Virus record (IMG/VR): IMGVR_UViG_3300011337_000669
Strand: one strand, 5' to 3'
DNA length: 64,000 nucleotides
From: a virus
Taxonomy: Duplodnaviria > Caudoviricetes
Positions 16,740-26,626 of this stretch are shown here, in pieces. Position numbers and translations under genes: made by a program. Under the pieces are notes generated by a model that made no database searches, was not told the DNA's origin, and saw nothing but the letters and a program-made list of their open reading frames with translations. Each line of letters begins with the position of its first letter. The first letter of the stretch is position 1.

Positions 16740-16938
16740 AATATTTTTCGATTGATTCAAGTCGGTCATCAGCGTCTGTCAACATTCGAAGTGCCTCTTC
16801 AGCATTCTCATAAAAATCTTTTGTTGAGTGGTCTCCAATACCAACTCCTGTATTACCCAATAGGTCCAAAGTTAGTAATGCTTTTGCTTTGTCTGCCTCA
16901 GCCGAGGTCTTTAACATTTTGATTAAATTTTTATTCAT
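16726..16938 (-). CDS. Hypothetical protein
   Basis: ADKAKALLTLDLL...VGIGDHS...FY. Confidence 0.8.
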   Translation of the reverse strand: MNKNLIKMLKTSAEADKAKALLTLDLLGNTGVGIGDHSTKDFYENAEEALRMLTDADDRLESIEKYFGKN

Positions 16939-16949
16939 AACTTGTATTT

Positions 16950-17135
16950 TTATAATTTGATTGATTTTAGAATTTCTTCATCAGTTTTTCCCTCAAGATA
17001 TAGATTATAAATCAATAAACAAATGGCATCCCCAAAATGTAACATTTCACTTTTACCATAATATTCTTTTAATTTACCTTCTTTTAGGGCTGAGACACAT
17101 TGGTCAAGGGTCACCCATCTCTTGTTAAAACTCAT
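16950..17135 (-). CDS. Hypothetical protein
   Basis: Start moved to MSFNKRWV at 17135. Confidence 0.7.
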   Translation of the reverse strand: MSFNKRWVTLDQCVSALKEGKLKEYYGKSEMLHFGDAICLLIYNLYLEGKTDEEILKSIKL

Positions 17136-17154
17136 TTTGAAAAAAATAAGAATT

Positions 17155-17934
17155 TTAGTTGGTAGAGTCAAGGTTGTTTGTCTTCTCAAAATTAACCATT
17201 TGAAAAATATAAGACATAACTTTTCGTTTGATAATCGGAATCATTGTTTCTTGAAACGGGAAATTCTGAGAACATTTAATTTCAAATATAGGTAACTGTT
17301 TGTAAAATTCTGTTTGATTCCACTTCGAATTACTATCTATAATCTCTGTAAGTGTTTTCTCATCGACTCCTCCCTCAGAGATTAAATTCAAATATGTCCG
17401 ATTTGTGGATTTATCTTTTTTATCAGATTTTATTTCATATTCCCACACATATAACTTTTCTTCGGACTTTCGATAGAAAAAAATATATCCTGAACCTGAT
17501 ACTAAATTGTTTTTATTTTTACGAAGATACAAATCAATTGATTCGAACGCTATATTCCAAATTGATTTGGCAATACTGAAAGCGTCAAATAATTTTGGAC
17601 CCGAAAACTTTAGAGTTTTATCTAACTCACTCTCTTCTTGTTCAGTTAATTGTCTTGGTTTTTTCGGAGTTAATTCTTTAACAAGTATCTCATCATCAGG
17701 AGATTCAAATTTCTTGTTGGTTAACAAAAGTGTATTCTCCTTTGATATTGACTGAATATTTGCCAAATGTAATGACAATTCCACAAAATTTGGGTATAAC
17801 TCAAACTTATCAAAACTCTGGTCACATTTCTGTAGATAGTCCAACAAGGTATATTTGTTGTACTCAAAATCCAATGGTTCTTTGAACATCCATTCTGGAT
17901 TTAATTTGAATGATATCTTTTTCTTTCTACCCAT
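17155..17934 (-). CDS. Conserved hypothetical protein
   Basis: PLDFEYNKYTLLDYLQK...ELYPNF; 259-aa ORF. Confidence 0.8.
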   Translation of the reverse strand: MGRKKKISFKLNPEWMFKEPLDFEYNKYTLLDYLQKCDQSFDKFELYPNFVELSLHLANIQSISKENTLLLTNKKFESPDDEILVKELTPKKPRQLTEQEESELDKTLKFSGPKLFDAFSIAKSIWNIAFESIDLYLRKNKNNLVSGSGYIFFYRKSEEKLYVWEYEIKSDKKDKSTNRTYLNLISEGGVDEKTLTEIIDSNSKWNQTEFYKQLPIFEIKCSQNFPFQETMIPIIKRKVMSYIFQMVNFEKTNNLDSTN

Positions 17935-17960
17935 AGGGAAATTATAATAGTTATTAACTA

Positions 17961-18806
17961 TTAATCAATTCTCATTATATAAAATAAGTCTCCGTCAGCA
18001 TAAACCTCGTGAGCTTCTCCATCGTAGGTCGCAAGGTAATGTCCGTAACCGTCCATGTCTATCGCTTCCTCTATTAGACTATCAATATCTATAAATTGCT
18101 CATAGTCTATGTCTAAATTTCCTATAAACTCCCAAGGATCATCTTTGGCCTCTAGTAATTTGGTTTCAATCATATCATCGATTAATTCATCGGGGAATTC
18201 TCCTTGAGGATCGGATCTTATTTCCAAAATTTCTAAAGTATATTCGTCAATTAATTCTTCAAACTCAGATATTTTGGATGCATAAAAATCTTCATTCCCT
18301 TTCTCCATAAAATTTTGAAGTTGTTTTACACTATTTTCTAATCTTTTTTGTTTGTTTGTCAAGATTTCGACTTGTTCTTGTTGTTTAGATGACAACATCC
18401 TTTGTGAATCTTCGAAATACCCTTCAGCGTAATTATAAACATCATCAGTATAATAATCTTGGGCGTATTCCATAACTCCTCTAATGTCCAAGTGACTTTT
18501 GAGGAAATCTTGATTGAAGACAGATACCCCTTCGGAATCTATCATATCTCTGATATATTGTTCAGCGGATTTTTGTGTTTCATCTTCATCACCCACCGAA
18601 TATTCAGTTCCCTCTACACTAAACCTATCCAAATCGTAGAAATCACCAACGAAAATAACATCTTCCAATGTAGTGTCTTCGTCCACCTCTCCAACATCTT
18701 TCAACCAACTCAAAAGAAGTTCAGCTCTCAATTTTAGTGAGGGATTATTTTCCATGTATAATTTGGTTCTATCTTCAGCGGATTGATTTTGTTCTAAAAA
18801 ATTCAT
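17961..18806 (-). CDS. Acidic hypothetical protein
   Basis: ORF track; ends DGYGHYLATYDG...FYIMRID; TATTTAT at 18820-18826. Confidence 0.8.
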   Translation of the reverse strand: MNFLEQNQSAEDRTKLYMENNPSLKLRAELLLSWLKDVGEVDEDTTLEDVIFVGDFYDLDRFSVEGTEYSVGDEDETQKSAEQYIRDMIDSEGVSVFNQDFLKSHLDIRGVMEYAQDYYTDDVYNYAEGYFEDSQRMLSSKQQEQVEILTNKQKRLENSVKQLQNFMEKGNEDFYASKISEFEELIDEYTLEILEIRSDPQGEFPDELIDDMIETKLLEAKDDPWEFIGNLDIDYEQFIDIDSLIEEAIDMDGYGHYLATYDGEAHEVYADGDLFYIMRID

Positions 18807-18861
18807 CAGTTTTTATTTAATAAATATCTAAAGATTATTGATTTTGTTTATATTTATAATT

Positions 18862-19455
18862 ATGGGATGCGGTATTTACAGGATTACAAATGAAGTAGAC
18901 AATAAAGTATACGTTGGTAGTTCATTGAATATTAAGAATCGAGAATATAAACATTTTTGGTTGTTACGTAACAATAAACACGATAACTCTTTTTTACAAA
19001 ATTCATTCAATAAAAATGGCGAATTAAAATTCAAGTTTCAAATAATTGAACTTTGTAATTCTTCCGAATTGATTGATAGAGAAAATTATTATATTGATTT
19101 ATTGAAATCAAACTTTCCTGAATTCGGATATAATTTAGCGAAAGTAAACGAATTCAGACGAAATACATATAACGATGAAGTAAAAAAGAAGTTATCTAAA
19201 TACAATTTACAAAAAAATTCCAACTTCAATCTATTTTACTTACAAAATATTTTATCAAATGAAATAAAAACATTTGACAATTTGGTAGATGCTGCTAATT
19301 ATTTAATAGATAATGGGTTTACCAATGGAACCCCAAGAAATGTTAGGATGAAATTATCAGTTGCCTTACGAGGTAAGAAAATAAATAATGGGAAAAACAA
19401 TAATGGGTCAATTAGAAAAACTTGTTATAAACATAAATTTGAAATAATAAACTAA
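18862..19455 (+). CDS. GIY-YIG homing endonuclease
   Basis: GIYRITNEVDNKVYVGSS...R...H...ENYYI...GYN; start moved to ATG 18862, behind TATTTATA at 18851-18858. Confidence 0.92.
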   Translation: MGCGIYRITNEVDNKVYVGSSLNIKNREYKHFWLLRNNKHDNSFLQNSFNKNGELKFKFQIIELCNSSELIDRENYYIDLLKSNFPEFGYNLAKVNEFRRNTYNDEVKKKLSKYNLQKNSNFNLFYLQNILSNEIKTFDNLVDAANYLIDNGFTNGTPRNVRMKLSVALRGKKINNGKNNNGSIRKTCYKHKFEIIN

Positions 19456-19472
19456 ATTAAATAACAAAAATC

Positions 19473-19631
19473 ATGGCGTGCGGATGCAAAAACAATAATC
19501 AATCACAGCCTCAAGCTCAACAGCAGCAAGCAACAACTCAATTAGCTAAAGAACAACAAAATGAGAGTGTTAAAGCCGCTATCAAAAAAACTGTAGAGAA
19601 GTATTATAACGTAAATAAAACTTCTAAATAA
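19473..19631 (+). CDS. 52-aa protein starting MACGCK (not in ORF track)
   Basis: Hand translation MACGCKNNNQSQPQAQQQQATTQLAKEQQNESVKAAIKKTVEKYYNVNKTSK*; followed by a terminator. Confidence 0.65.
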   Translation: MACGCKNNNQSQPQAQQQQATTQLAKEQQNESVKAAIKKTVEKYYNVNKTSK

Positions 19632-19655
19632 GTTTAAGTAAGAGGGATATATGAG

Positions 19656-19680
19656 AGGGACAATTTTTTTGTCCCTTTTT
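19656..19680 (+). terminator. Intrinsic terminator
   Basis: agggaca...tgtccct stem followed by a T-run. Confidence 0.75.
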
Positions 19681-19693
19681 TGTATTTATTAAT

Positions 19694-20689
19694 ATGGATT
19701 TTCAAGAAATAATAGATGATTTCAATAATGGAGAGTTTGACGCCGAACTTTTTTTCGGTGATTGGGACACATTTTTTAGTGTATTGGATAAGAGAGGATT
19801 AATTTCTCAAATCGATCTTGAAAACACGGAAGTACAGAATTCGTTGTTAATTTGGCTTCATGGACGAGACCGCAAAAGATTTCATGAATTTGTTGTAGAT
19901 AAATTGTCCGATGTTGACATGGACGAAAACGGTGTAATTTATTTAGATTTGGACGACAGGTCTGAATTATCAAATTTTTTCTGTGAAAGTTCCCGTAACG
20001 GTCTCTCAAAAGGTTATGTTGAAAATATTCTTTCGGGTGAAAGCGATCTTTACCACTACGACTACACAACTGATAGTGTTTATCGTGATGTTATTGAAGG
20101 GCTAAACCCAAAAAATATGAAACACCTTAGAGAATATGTTGTCGAAAATCTAAAAGGTCAAAAAATAGAAACTGGAACTATAGAATTAGAAGATATTGCT
20201 AGAGAACAAGGTCATCCCGAATATGTGACAGTTGATAATCCTATGACAGCACAGACTATCATAGACGACAAGGAGTCAATGAATCACCTTTTGGATACTT
20301 ATCTTGAAGACTTAAAATCCGAATTAGAATCCATTCACAGGAATGCTTATAACCAAGCATATGAGAGTGAAACATATGAAAACATTTTTAGTGAATTACA
20401 AGAGTATATAAACGGTAATGGTGAATATTATTCTCAACCTCACCGTTTCAAAAAAGATACCATGACACAACGTTTCAGAGTTCCTGTTGCATCAAACTTT
20501 GACGAAATAATCTTAGACTATTTAATTTCAAATAAGAATCGAGGATCTCGTGGATTATTAGAATATTGGGGCGATTACATACCAATAGTTCAAGATGAAC
20601 AAGATTGTTTAACGGTTAATTCTCCCGACTATCCTGATTTCAGAAAGATCGAAGAAAATATTAATGAAATTTTCACTGATTACATCTAA
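19694..20689 (+). CDS. Acidic hypothetical protein
   Basis: 331-aa ORF; TATTTAT at 19683-19689; ends DYPDF...INEIFTDYI. Confidence 0.85.
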   Translation: MDFQEIIDDFNNGEFDAELFFGDWDTFFSVLDKRGLISQIDLENTEVQNSLLIWLHGRDRKRFHEFVVDKLSDVDMDENGVIYLDLDDRSELSNFFCESSRNGLSKGYVENILSGESDLYHYDYTTDSVYRDVIEGLNPKNMKHLREYVVENLKGQKIETGTIELEDIAREQGHPEYVTVDNPMTAQTIIDDKESMNHLLDTYLEDLKSELESIHRNAYNQAYESETYENIFSELQEYINGNGEYYSQPHRFKKDTMTQRFRVPVASNFDEIILDYLISNKNRGSRGLLEYWGDYIPIVQDEQDCLTVNSPDYPDFRKIEENINEIFTDYI

Positions 20690-20746
20690 TTATTCTATTC
20701 TTTTTGTAAGTGTAATTTATTATCATTCAACAAATCAGTTAATTAA

Positions 20747-21493
20747 ATGATATTAAAGAAGACTAACAGTAGGGTTTATACAATAAATTTATTTTCAGAC
20801 TATCTCCTAAACAAAATCCCAAACACAGAAGAATCAATTTTCTCTGTAGCAGATTGTAAAAATTTCATAATTATAAAAGGTAAGACCTCCCATAAAGAAA
20901 TTTTAGATATCAGTTCAATAACAAAAGAGTTCAACGAAAAATACGAACCTGAGACACCAATCTCCCATACAATAGATTTAATTGAATATGATTGTAAGTT
21001 ATCCAAAGTAAAAAATTTGGAATTTATCTTACATAAGTCTGAGAATTGTTCTTACCATAAAACCCAAATTGAAAAATTCTTATTGAATGAGTCATCATTT
21101 GATTTCAGCGGTTATTCATTAGAAGTCTCTGATGATAAATTGATTGTTACATCTGAATTCCCTCATGGATATTCACTGAATCAGGGAAGACTTATCTATC
21201 TTTACGGAAAACATATTTTTTATAGTATCCCAACTAACTACACAGATTCATCCATTATTTTTAATCTGTCTTTGAACAAAGATGATGAAAATGACAATAT
21301 TATATCAATCTTTAATGTAGATAAAAACTCTGAAGATGAAACCTTGAAATCAGCAATATTAGATGTATTCGATTTCAATATGTCTTGGCTATCATCTGAA
21401 ATGAAAAAAGTGGATTGGAGTATCGAACTCACAAATCCACTCGAAGATTATTCTTTTGTTAAAAAGAAAAATAAAGATTTTGTTATTTTTTAG
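20747..21493 (+). CDS. Hypothetical protein
   Basis: 248-aa ORF; weak recollected resemblance to the MetK N-terminal domain, but no MetK catalytic signature. Confidence 0.7.
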   Translation: MILKKTNSRVYTINLFSDYLLNKIPNTEESIFSVADCKNFIIIKGKTSHKEILDISSITKEFNEKYEPETPISHTIDLIEYDCKLSKVKNLEFILHKSENCSYHKTQIEKFLLNESSFDFSGYSLEVSDDKLIVTSEFPHGYSLNQGRLIYLYGKHIFYSIPTNYTDSSIIFNLSLNKDDENDNIISIFNVDKNSEDETLKSAILDVFDFNMSWLSSEMKKVDWSIELTNPLEDYSFVKKKNKDFVIF

Positions 21494-21795
21494 ATTATAC
21501 CGATATTTTTTCGGTGTTCTTTAATTATTTGAATAGCTTCAGTCAACTCATTATAATTTTTATCGGGAGTATATAGGAAAGACTTATAATTCTTCCCATC
21601 TCCCTCAATAATAAGTAACGCTGGTATTAAATCATTGTCTGTTATTTCACTGAACACATCATATTCATCTTTATGTTCATCGATATCTCTATCGAAAAAC
21701 TCTATACCTTCTTCATTTAACATTTTTTTGAAGTCAACGCAGAAAGGGCATCCTTTCATAGTATAGACAATAACATTCAAATCTTTCATATTCAT
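21490..21795 (-). CDS. Glutaredoxin-like protein
   Basis: VYTMKGCPFC active site. Confidence 0.88.
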   Translation of the reverse strand: MNMKDLNVIVYTMKGCPFCVDFKKMLNEEGIEFFDRDIDEHKDEYDVFSEITDNDLIPALLIIEGDGKNYKSFLYTPDKNYNELTEAIQIIKEHRKNIGII

Positions 21796-22112
21796 TAATC
21801 TAATAATTTAAGAAGTTGGTCTGGTGAAATCACGCCCGGTCTTGAAAAAGTTTCTTCTCCATTCTCGAATATTTTAATCGTCGGAACTCCCCTAACATTC
21901 CACTCTTTCATAAGGTCCATATCTTGTTCAATGTCAAATTTATAAACACTGTATTTTGGTGTTCCTTTTTGCATTAAAGATTCATTAACTTTTTCAAGGT
22001 TCCCCAACATTATTTTGCACGGTCCACACCAAGTCGCAAATAGGTCAAGTACGAAGTTTTCCTTGTTGTTAATTTTTTGTTTTAGTTCTTCACTTGTTAG
22101 TTGTTTTGTCAT
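21795..22112 (-). CDS. trxA: Thioredoxin
   Basis: FATWCGPCK and VRGVPT motifs. Confidence 0.93.
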   Translation of the reverse strand: MTKQLTSEELKQKINNKENFVLDLFATWCGPCKIMLGNLEKVNESLMQKGTPKYSVYKFDIEQDMDLMKEWNVRGVPTIKIFENGEETFSRPGVISPDQLLKLLD

Positions 22113-22434
22113 TGTTAAATTGTTTTATAAGTTGTCTTAAAAAAATTGTTAATTCACTTTCTTGATTTTGTTTATAATAAACAACTAAATTCACATCGGT
22201 AGTATTCAATAATAAATACAAATAGAATCCTTGTTTTGTTTTGAAAATTATTTTTTCGAGTATAATTTTTCCTGAACCTGCATCTACATCAATTAGTCCT
22301 TTACTCCAAACGACTTCGAAACTTCTACCATTCAAGAATTTGAAAATAGAATCGTCAGGAAAATTGATTTGGATCGATGACAAAACCCCTAAAGATTTTT
22401 CATTATTCTTTATAAATTTTGGTTTTTTTATCAT
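22090..22434 (-). CDS. Hypothetical protein
   Basis: ORF track; coupled to the thioredoxin gene. Confidence 0.7.
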   Translation of the reverse strand: MIKKPKFIKNNEKSLGVLSSIQINFPDDSIFKFLNGRSFEVVWSKGLIDVDAGSGKIILEKIIFKTKQGFYLYLLLNTTDVNLVVYYKQNQESELTIFLRQLIKQFNNDKTTNK

Positions 22435-22439
22435 AGTTA

Positions 22440-24119
22440 TTAAAAGTCTAATGTACGAGGTCCCTCGAGTATTTTATTATCCCATTTCAAAAAACCATCC
22501 TCATCCCAATATGAGCTGGATTCAAAGAATGTTCCATTATAACACTTTTTGGTTATTTTTACAGGTTCAAATCTGTCATCGTTTACGTAATATAACATTT
22601 TCAAATCCAATTTCAATAGCCAGTGTGTCCATTCATCTGATAATTTCCCATTGTATTTCCCCAAACTTTGTACTCTACGACATTTAACCTTATCATCCTC
22701 TCGATATAGCTGATATTCAATAGTTGCCCTTTCCTCAGAATTTCTTGACCCCTTTCTTAAAGATATAATTATATTTGACGACTTTCCAATATAGGTTTTT
22801 ACACAATTTGATTGGGTTGAACTCTCTTCATTATATGATGTTGAATCATCCAATAATACAGGATAATACTCTCCCAATGGTTGTTCCAAATGTTCGTAAG
22901 AATAGATGGGATAAATCCTTTCATAGTGACCATTTTTATAGAATGTTAATTTATCCGACCAATCCAAATGTTCATTTCTAAAGGTATCCACTTCATTACT
23001 CATCCACCTCAAATCAGTTTCACCATACATTTTTAATTGGGTGTAAATTTCAATGTGGTCGATGAATGTATAGGTGTCAAACATTTCTTCAAAATATACT
23101 TTCTTGAAAAGATTGAATACCCTACGTAGTTCATCTTTACCAATTACATTTACAAACTCAGCGGGAATATCCCTATCTTTGATGTTGAATTCAGAATTCA
23201 AAGTTTGTAAAATAAAATCATCATCCTGATTAATCCAATCATCCCCGAATAATCTTCTTGCCATCAAGTACAAGTCCAAGTTAAGTGATTTACAACTATG
23301 AAGACATTTTTTTAATTTCTTTCCAGTTAATCCATTATGTATCATAAACGCGTCCACCAATCGATTGTCATTCTTTTTGAGTATCTTTCTAAAAATCGGA
23401 CCAACTAATTTAGAAGAATACAAACGGAAATTGTTTGGATACTTAATCCCTTTTTTATCTAAATAAAACTTGAATAATCTCTTTTCGAAGTTGAATTCGT
23501 ATGGTTCTTCCCTACCGTCAATCTCATGCATGAATTTTGATACCGCGTCATTAGCAATCTCGGAACTATTGTGTGAGTATGACCACCCTTTGTCTCTAAT
23601 GGTATACATTACTTGTGCTATTGGTTCATTCAAAAAAAAGTTTTTGTTAAGTTTTTTCCGTACCTTCTTTTTATTTTGATAATTGTGTAGAAATCCTGAA
23701 TATACATCACCAGTTTTGGTGTTGACAGTAATGTAGTCCACGTTCCGAACAACTTTGAACCATTTGTTTCCCATTTTCCTTTCCCTATACCCATTAAAAA
23801 CCTTCATAGAGACCTTATCTCCATCTCGTTCGACCACAACCATCAAATAAGATTTAAGTACCCTGGATAAAGGATTTCCGTAGTATAAAACAAAATCCTG
23901 TTCAACATTCGAAACATAGTTTTCTATAAACACATCAGAGGTTTTAGACAAATTAACTTGGTCATATGCTATTTTATAGAAGTCTTTTTCCCAAATATCC
24001 CCATCATCATCATCGAAAAAAAATTTGTTTTTTGGATGTGGAAAAGATATAGGAACAGTGTCGTGAAATACAACCGTTGTGTAGGACTCATAATTAACTT
24101 TGAAAATTTCTTCTTTCAT
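22440..24119 (-). CDS. PcfJ-like domain protein
   Basis: C-terminal YNEESSTQSNCVKTY...ISLR...RATIEY...VQSLGKYN. Confidence 0.7.
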   Translation of the reverse strand: MKEEIFKVNYESYTTVVFHDTVPISFPHPKNKFFFDDDDGDIWEKDFYKIAYDQVNLSKTSDVFIENYVSNVEQDFVLYYGNPLSRVLKSYLMVVVERDGDKVSMKVFNGYRERKMGNKWFKVVRNVDYITVNTKTGDVYSGFLHNYQNKKKVRKKLNKNFFLNEPIAQVMYTIRDKGWSYSHNSSEIANDAVSKFMHEIDGREEPYEFNFEKRLFKFYLDKKGIKYPNNFRLYSSKLVGPIFRKILKKNDNRLVDAFMIHNGLTGKKLKKCLHSCKSLNLDLYLMARRLFGDDWINQDDDFILQTLNSEFNIKDRDIPAEFVNVIGKDELRRVFNLFKKVYFEEMFDTYTFIDHIEIYTQLKMYGETDLRWMSNEVDTFRNEHLDWSDKLTFYKNGHYERIYPIYSYEHLEQPLGEYYPVLLDDSTSYNEESSTQSNCVKTYIGKSSNIIISLRKGSRNSEERATIEYQLYREDDKVKCRRVQSLGKYNGKLSDEWTHWLLKLDLKMLYYVNDDRFEPVKITKKCYNGTFFESSSYWDEDGFLKWDNKILEGPRTLDF

Positions 24120-24166
24120 ACTTTAATTATAATAAAAAAAATGGGGAGTATAAACCCCCCACTTAA

Positions 24167-24916
24167 TTAACAATAAGACTCTGCCAACTCCCAAAGATTA
24201 GTATTAATCTTGTTGATTGATTGGAAGTTTTTTAATTCCTTCATTGAAGTGAATCTTCCTTTTTCGGATTGGTACCTCAAACCTCCACGAACAAACTTCT
24301 CTTGAATTACGTTGAACGTAGTCCAAACTGAACTTCCTGAATCCTCATGTCTGATAGGATGAAGGAAGTCTTCAAATTTGATTTTAGGGATTGACCCTTT
24401 TTCCCAACGGATTGAGGTGGCTTTGGTGACAAAGTCAACCACTTTTTCTTCATCCAAGAAGGTAGTCTCCATCTTACCTACAGACCTTTGGATTACTGGC
24501 AGTCTTTCCGCGAATTGGTCTGTGATTTGTTTCACTGTTCCCATGTCAAACTTCATGTGTTTAACAGAAATTTTATCCGAAAGGGATGTTGGTACTGTTA
24601 GACCATTGGAACAAACTAATCGATGAAGTCCAGCACTTACTGAGAACGTACTCATTCCGTTGTGAGAGTTTCTGATAATCGCCTCTACCAAAGAATCACC
24701 TACCTGTGGAAATTCAACATTACGTAGTCTTAACTCATGCTGAGCGTAAGATCCTCTACCATTTTGGTTAGCGGAGAATACTTTCCATCCTTCATTCTCA
24801 AAGTTTTCGAGAATATCCATTGTCGGTACAAAAGTGTACTTGTTCGACATTTTTGGAGATGGAGAGGTGGTGAATACTGAGGGAGCGATTCTCTTGAGGT
24901 AGTCTGTCGTTATCAT
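24167..24916 (-). CDS. DUF932-family protein
   Basis: SNKYTFVPT...HELRLR...IIRNSHNG...AGLHRLVCSNGL...WTTFNVIQE. Confidence 0.85.
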   Translation of the reverse strand: MITTDYLKRIAPSVFTTSPSPKMSNKYTFVPTMDILENFENEGWKVFSANQNGRGSYAQHELRLRNVEFPQVGDSLVEAIIRNSHNGMSTFSVSAGLHRLVCSNGLTVPTSLSDKISVKHMKFDMGTVKQITDQFAERLPVIQRSVGKMETTFLDEEKVVDFVTKATSIRWEKGSIPKIKFEDFLHPIRHEDSGSSVWTTFNVIQEKFVRGGLRYQSEKGRFTSMKELKNFQSINKINTNLWELAESYC

Positions 24917-24935
24917 GTCTTATTGATTTAGAATT

Positions 24936-24967
24936 CAAAGATATGATAAAAAATTTAATTTACCAAA
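24936..24967 (-). promoter_or_regulatory. Complete Bacteroidota-type promoter TTTG-N20-TATCTTTG
   Basis: -33 at 24964-24967 and -7 at 24936-24943, upstream of the DUF932 gene. Confidence 0.8.
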
Positions 24968-24969
24968 AC

Positions 24970-25239
24970 TCAATTCAAAAAAAGATCACCAAAAATAGTT
25001 TTTTGTGTTGCGTTAATTTTAGTTTCTTTAGGCTGATTAATTTCTGAACACAAATGAAGTAATTGAGATTGGGTGAGGCTAACATCCTCACCCTTTTCAT
25101 AATTTTTAATTGCAGCTTCTTTGATTTTGATATAAAAAAATTCTTCCTTGTCTTTAGAAACTAAGTTCAATAAATCATTAGGATTTTCTCTGAAAAACTT
25201 AATGACATTGTTCATGTATATTTCAATATCAAGATTCAT
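24970..25239 (-). CDS. Hypothetical protein
   Basis: 89-aa ORF in the operon. Confidence 0.75.
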   Translation of the reverse strand: MNLDIEIYMNNVIKFFRENPNDLLNLVSKDKEEFFYIKIKEAAIKNYEKGEDVSLTQSQLLHLCSEINQPKETKINATQKTIFGDLFLN

Positions 25240-25256
25240 AAGACATCATTTAATAA

Positions 25257-26582
25257 TTAACCCCCCAAATCCCACATACCAGGTTGCATCTCTTCACCCT
25301 TATCAGTAATTGAACTTGGAATTTTTGCATTGGGACTTTCCTTAAGATTCAAGAACATTAGACTTGGTAAATTAGCAATACATTCAGGTATTGTTGTCAA
25401 CTCAGGATTTTTCATAACCGCTAAGAATTTCAATCTCGGTAATTCACAAACTGATTCTGGTATACTTTTGAATGAAACATTATCAGTAATAATATGAACC
25501 AAGTTTTTGAATTTACCTATCTCTTGAGGAAGGTCTATTTTGATAGCATCTTTGCTATCTCTATTTTGTATCGAGAAAGATTCTAATGTATCAGGTAAAC
25601 TTCCAATCAAGTCATCCAATCCATATAAAGAAATAAATTTACCTACCGCGCCAGAAGATAAACCATCAACTTTGAACTCTTTCCCTGAGGTACCCGTAAG
25701 ACCTTTTGCAAACTCGGGTTTGAAGAAGGTTTTAAGTTCATTCATAGGTCCATTCAATAGTCCTACTAAATCCTGTTGACGATCATCCTTATCCATAAAT
25801 TGATTGGATGGGAAGTGAAACTGATATCTATTTTTAGGTAATCCTGTATTTGGACTAACATCAGTATCATTTGGATCGAAAATAACGTATAATGGTCCAT
25901 CTTTAATATATCTATCAAACCAACTAGCACCTGGTGCCGATGTACACCATCTTGTTTCAACGTTGTTACCACCATAAAAACATGCCGCCTCTTTTCCAAC
26001 TTGTCCTTTATCTTCGATTTCTACAACTCTCCAATTAGGACCATCAAAAACCAATTTAGCCCCAGGATGGACTGGCGCAGATTTTCGTTCTGCTTTGGTT
26101 GTAGTCGCCATGGTTAAATCAAAATCCTTAACCGCGTCATATAGTTGGTCAGGTGTCAATTTATTAATGTCTCTCATTTCTTTAGGGAGACGCACCTTAA
26201 ATCTCTCAAACTTTTTGAGATCATCAGTTACTTTATACAAATCTTCTAAGAAAACCTCTTTAGCCTTCTTCAACTCTCTTTCGTATGAATAATCACCAAC
26301 AGAACTTTCAGTCTTAGGTAGTAAATAATTTTTTACCAACCATGGTACATAACTACCGGCTTTGATTTTACCTAATTCTTCAGGAGTTGCAGTTTCAACA
26401 TCTACATTGTTCAACCTAGTTGTCGGGTCAGCTAAAACTAAATCCAAAAATTCTTTCTTAGAAAGTTTTGGTTTTATCTTCTTGCCCTCTTTATCCTCAC
26501 CAGATTTTGTTAAAGCATTCAATAATACCTCAAATCTTGATTGTTCAACTATGATTGATTTTAATAACGAAGTAAATTTCAT
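25257..26582 (-). CDS. Protein with 'YG...TRWCT' domain and C-terminal leucine-rich repeats
   Basis: N-tag MKFTSLLKSIIVEQ; CFYGG...TRWCTS; LRR-like LPQEIGKFKNL / IPESVCELPRL / IPECIANLPSL. Confidence 0.8.
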   Translation of the reverse strand: MKFTSLLKSIIVEQSRFEVLLNALTKSGEDKEGKKIKPKLSKKEFLDLVLADPTTRLNNVDVETATPEELGKIKAGSYVPWLVKNYLLPKTESSVGDYSYERELKKAKEVFLEDLYKVTDDLKKFERFKVRLPKEMRDINKLTPDQLYDAVKDFDLTMATTTKAERKSAPVHPGAKLVFDGPNWRVVEIEDKGQVGKEAACFYGGNNVETRWCTSAPGASWFDRYIKDGPLYVIFDPNDTDVSPNTGLPKNRYQFHFPSNQFMDKDDRQQDLVGLLNGPMNELKTFFKPEFAKGLTGTSGKEFKVDGLSSGAVGKFISLYGLDDLIGSLPDTLESFSIQNRDSKDAIKIDLPQEIGKFKNLVHIITDNVSFKSIPESVCELPRLKFLAVMKNPELTTIPECIANLPSLMFLNLKESPNAKIPSSITDKGEEMQPGMWDLGG

Positions 26583-26626
26583 CTATTTTTAATTTATTAA
26601 TAAATATATTGTTATTACAAAAATAA

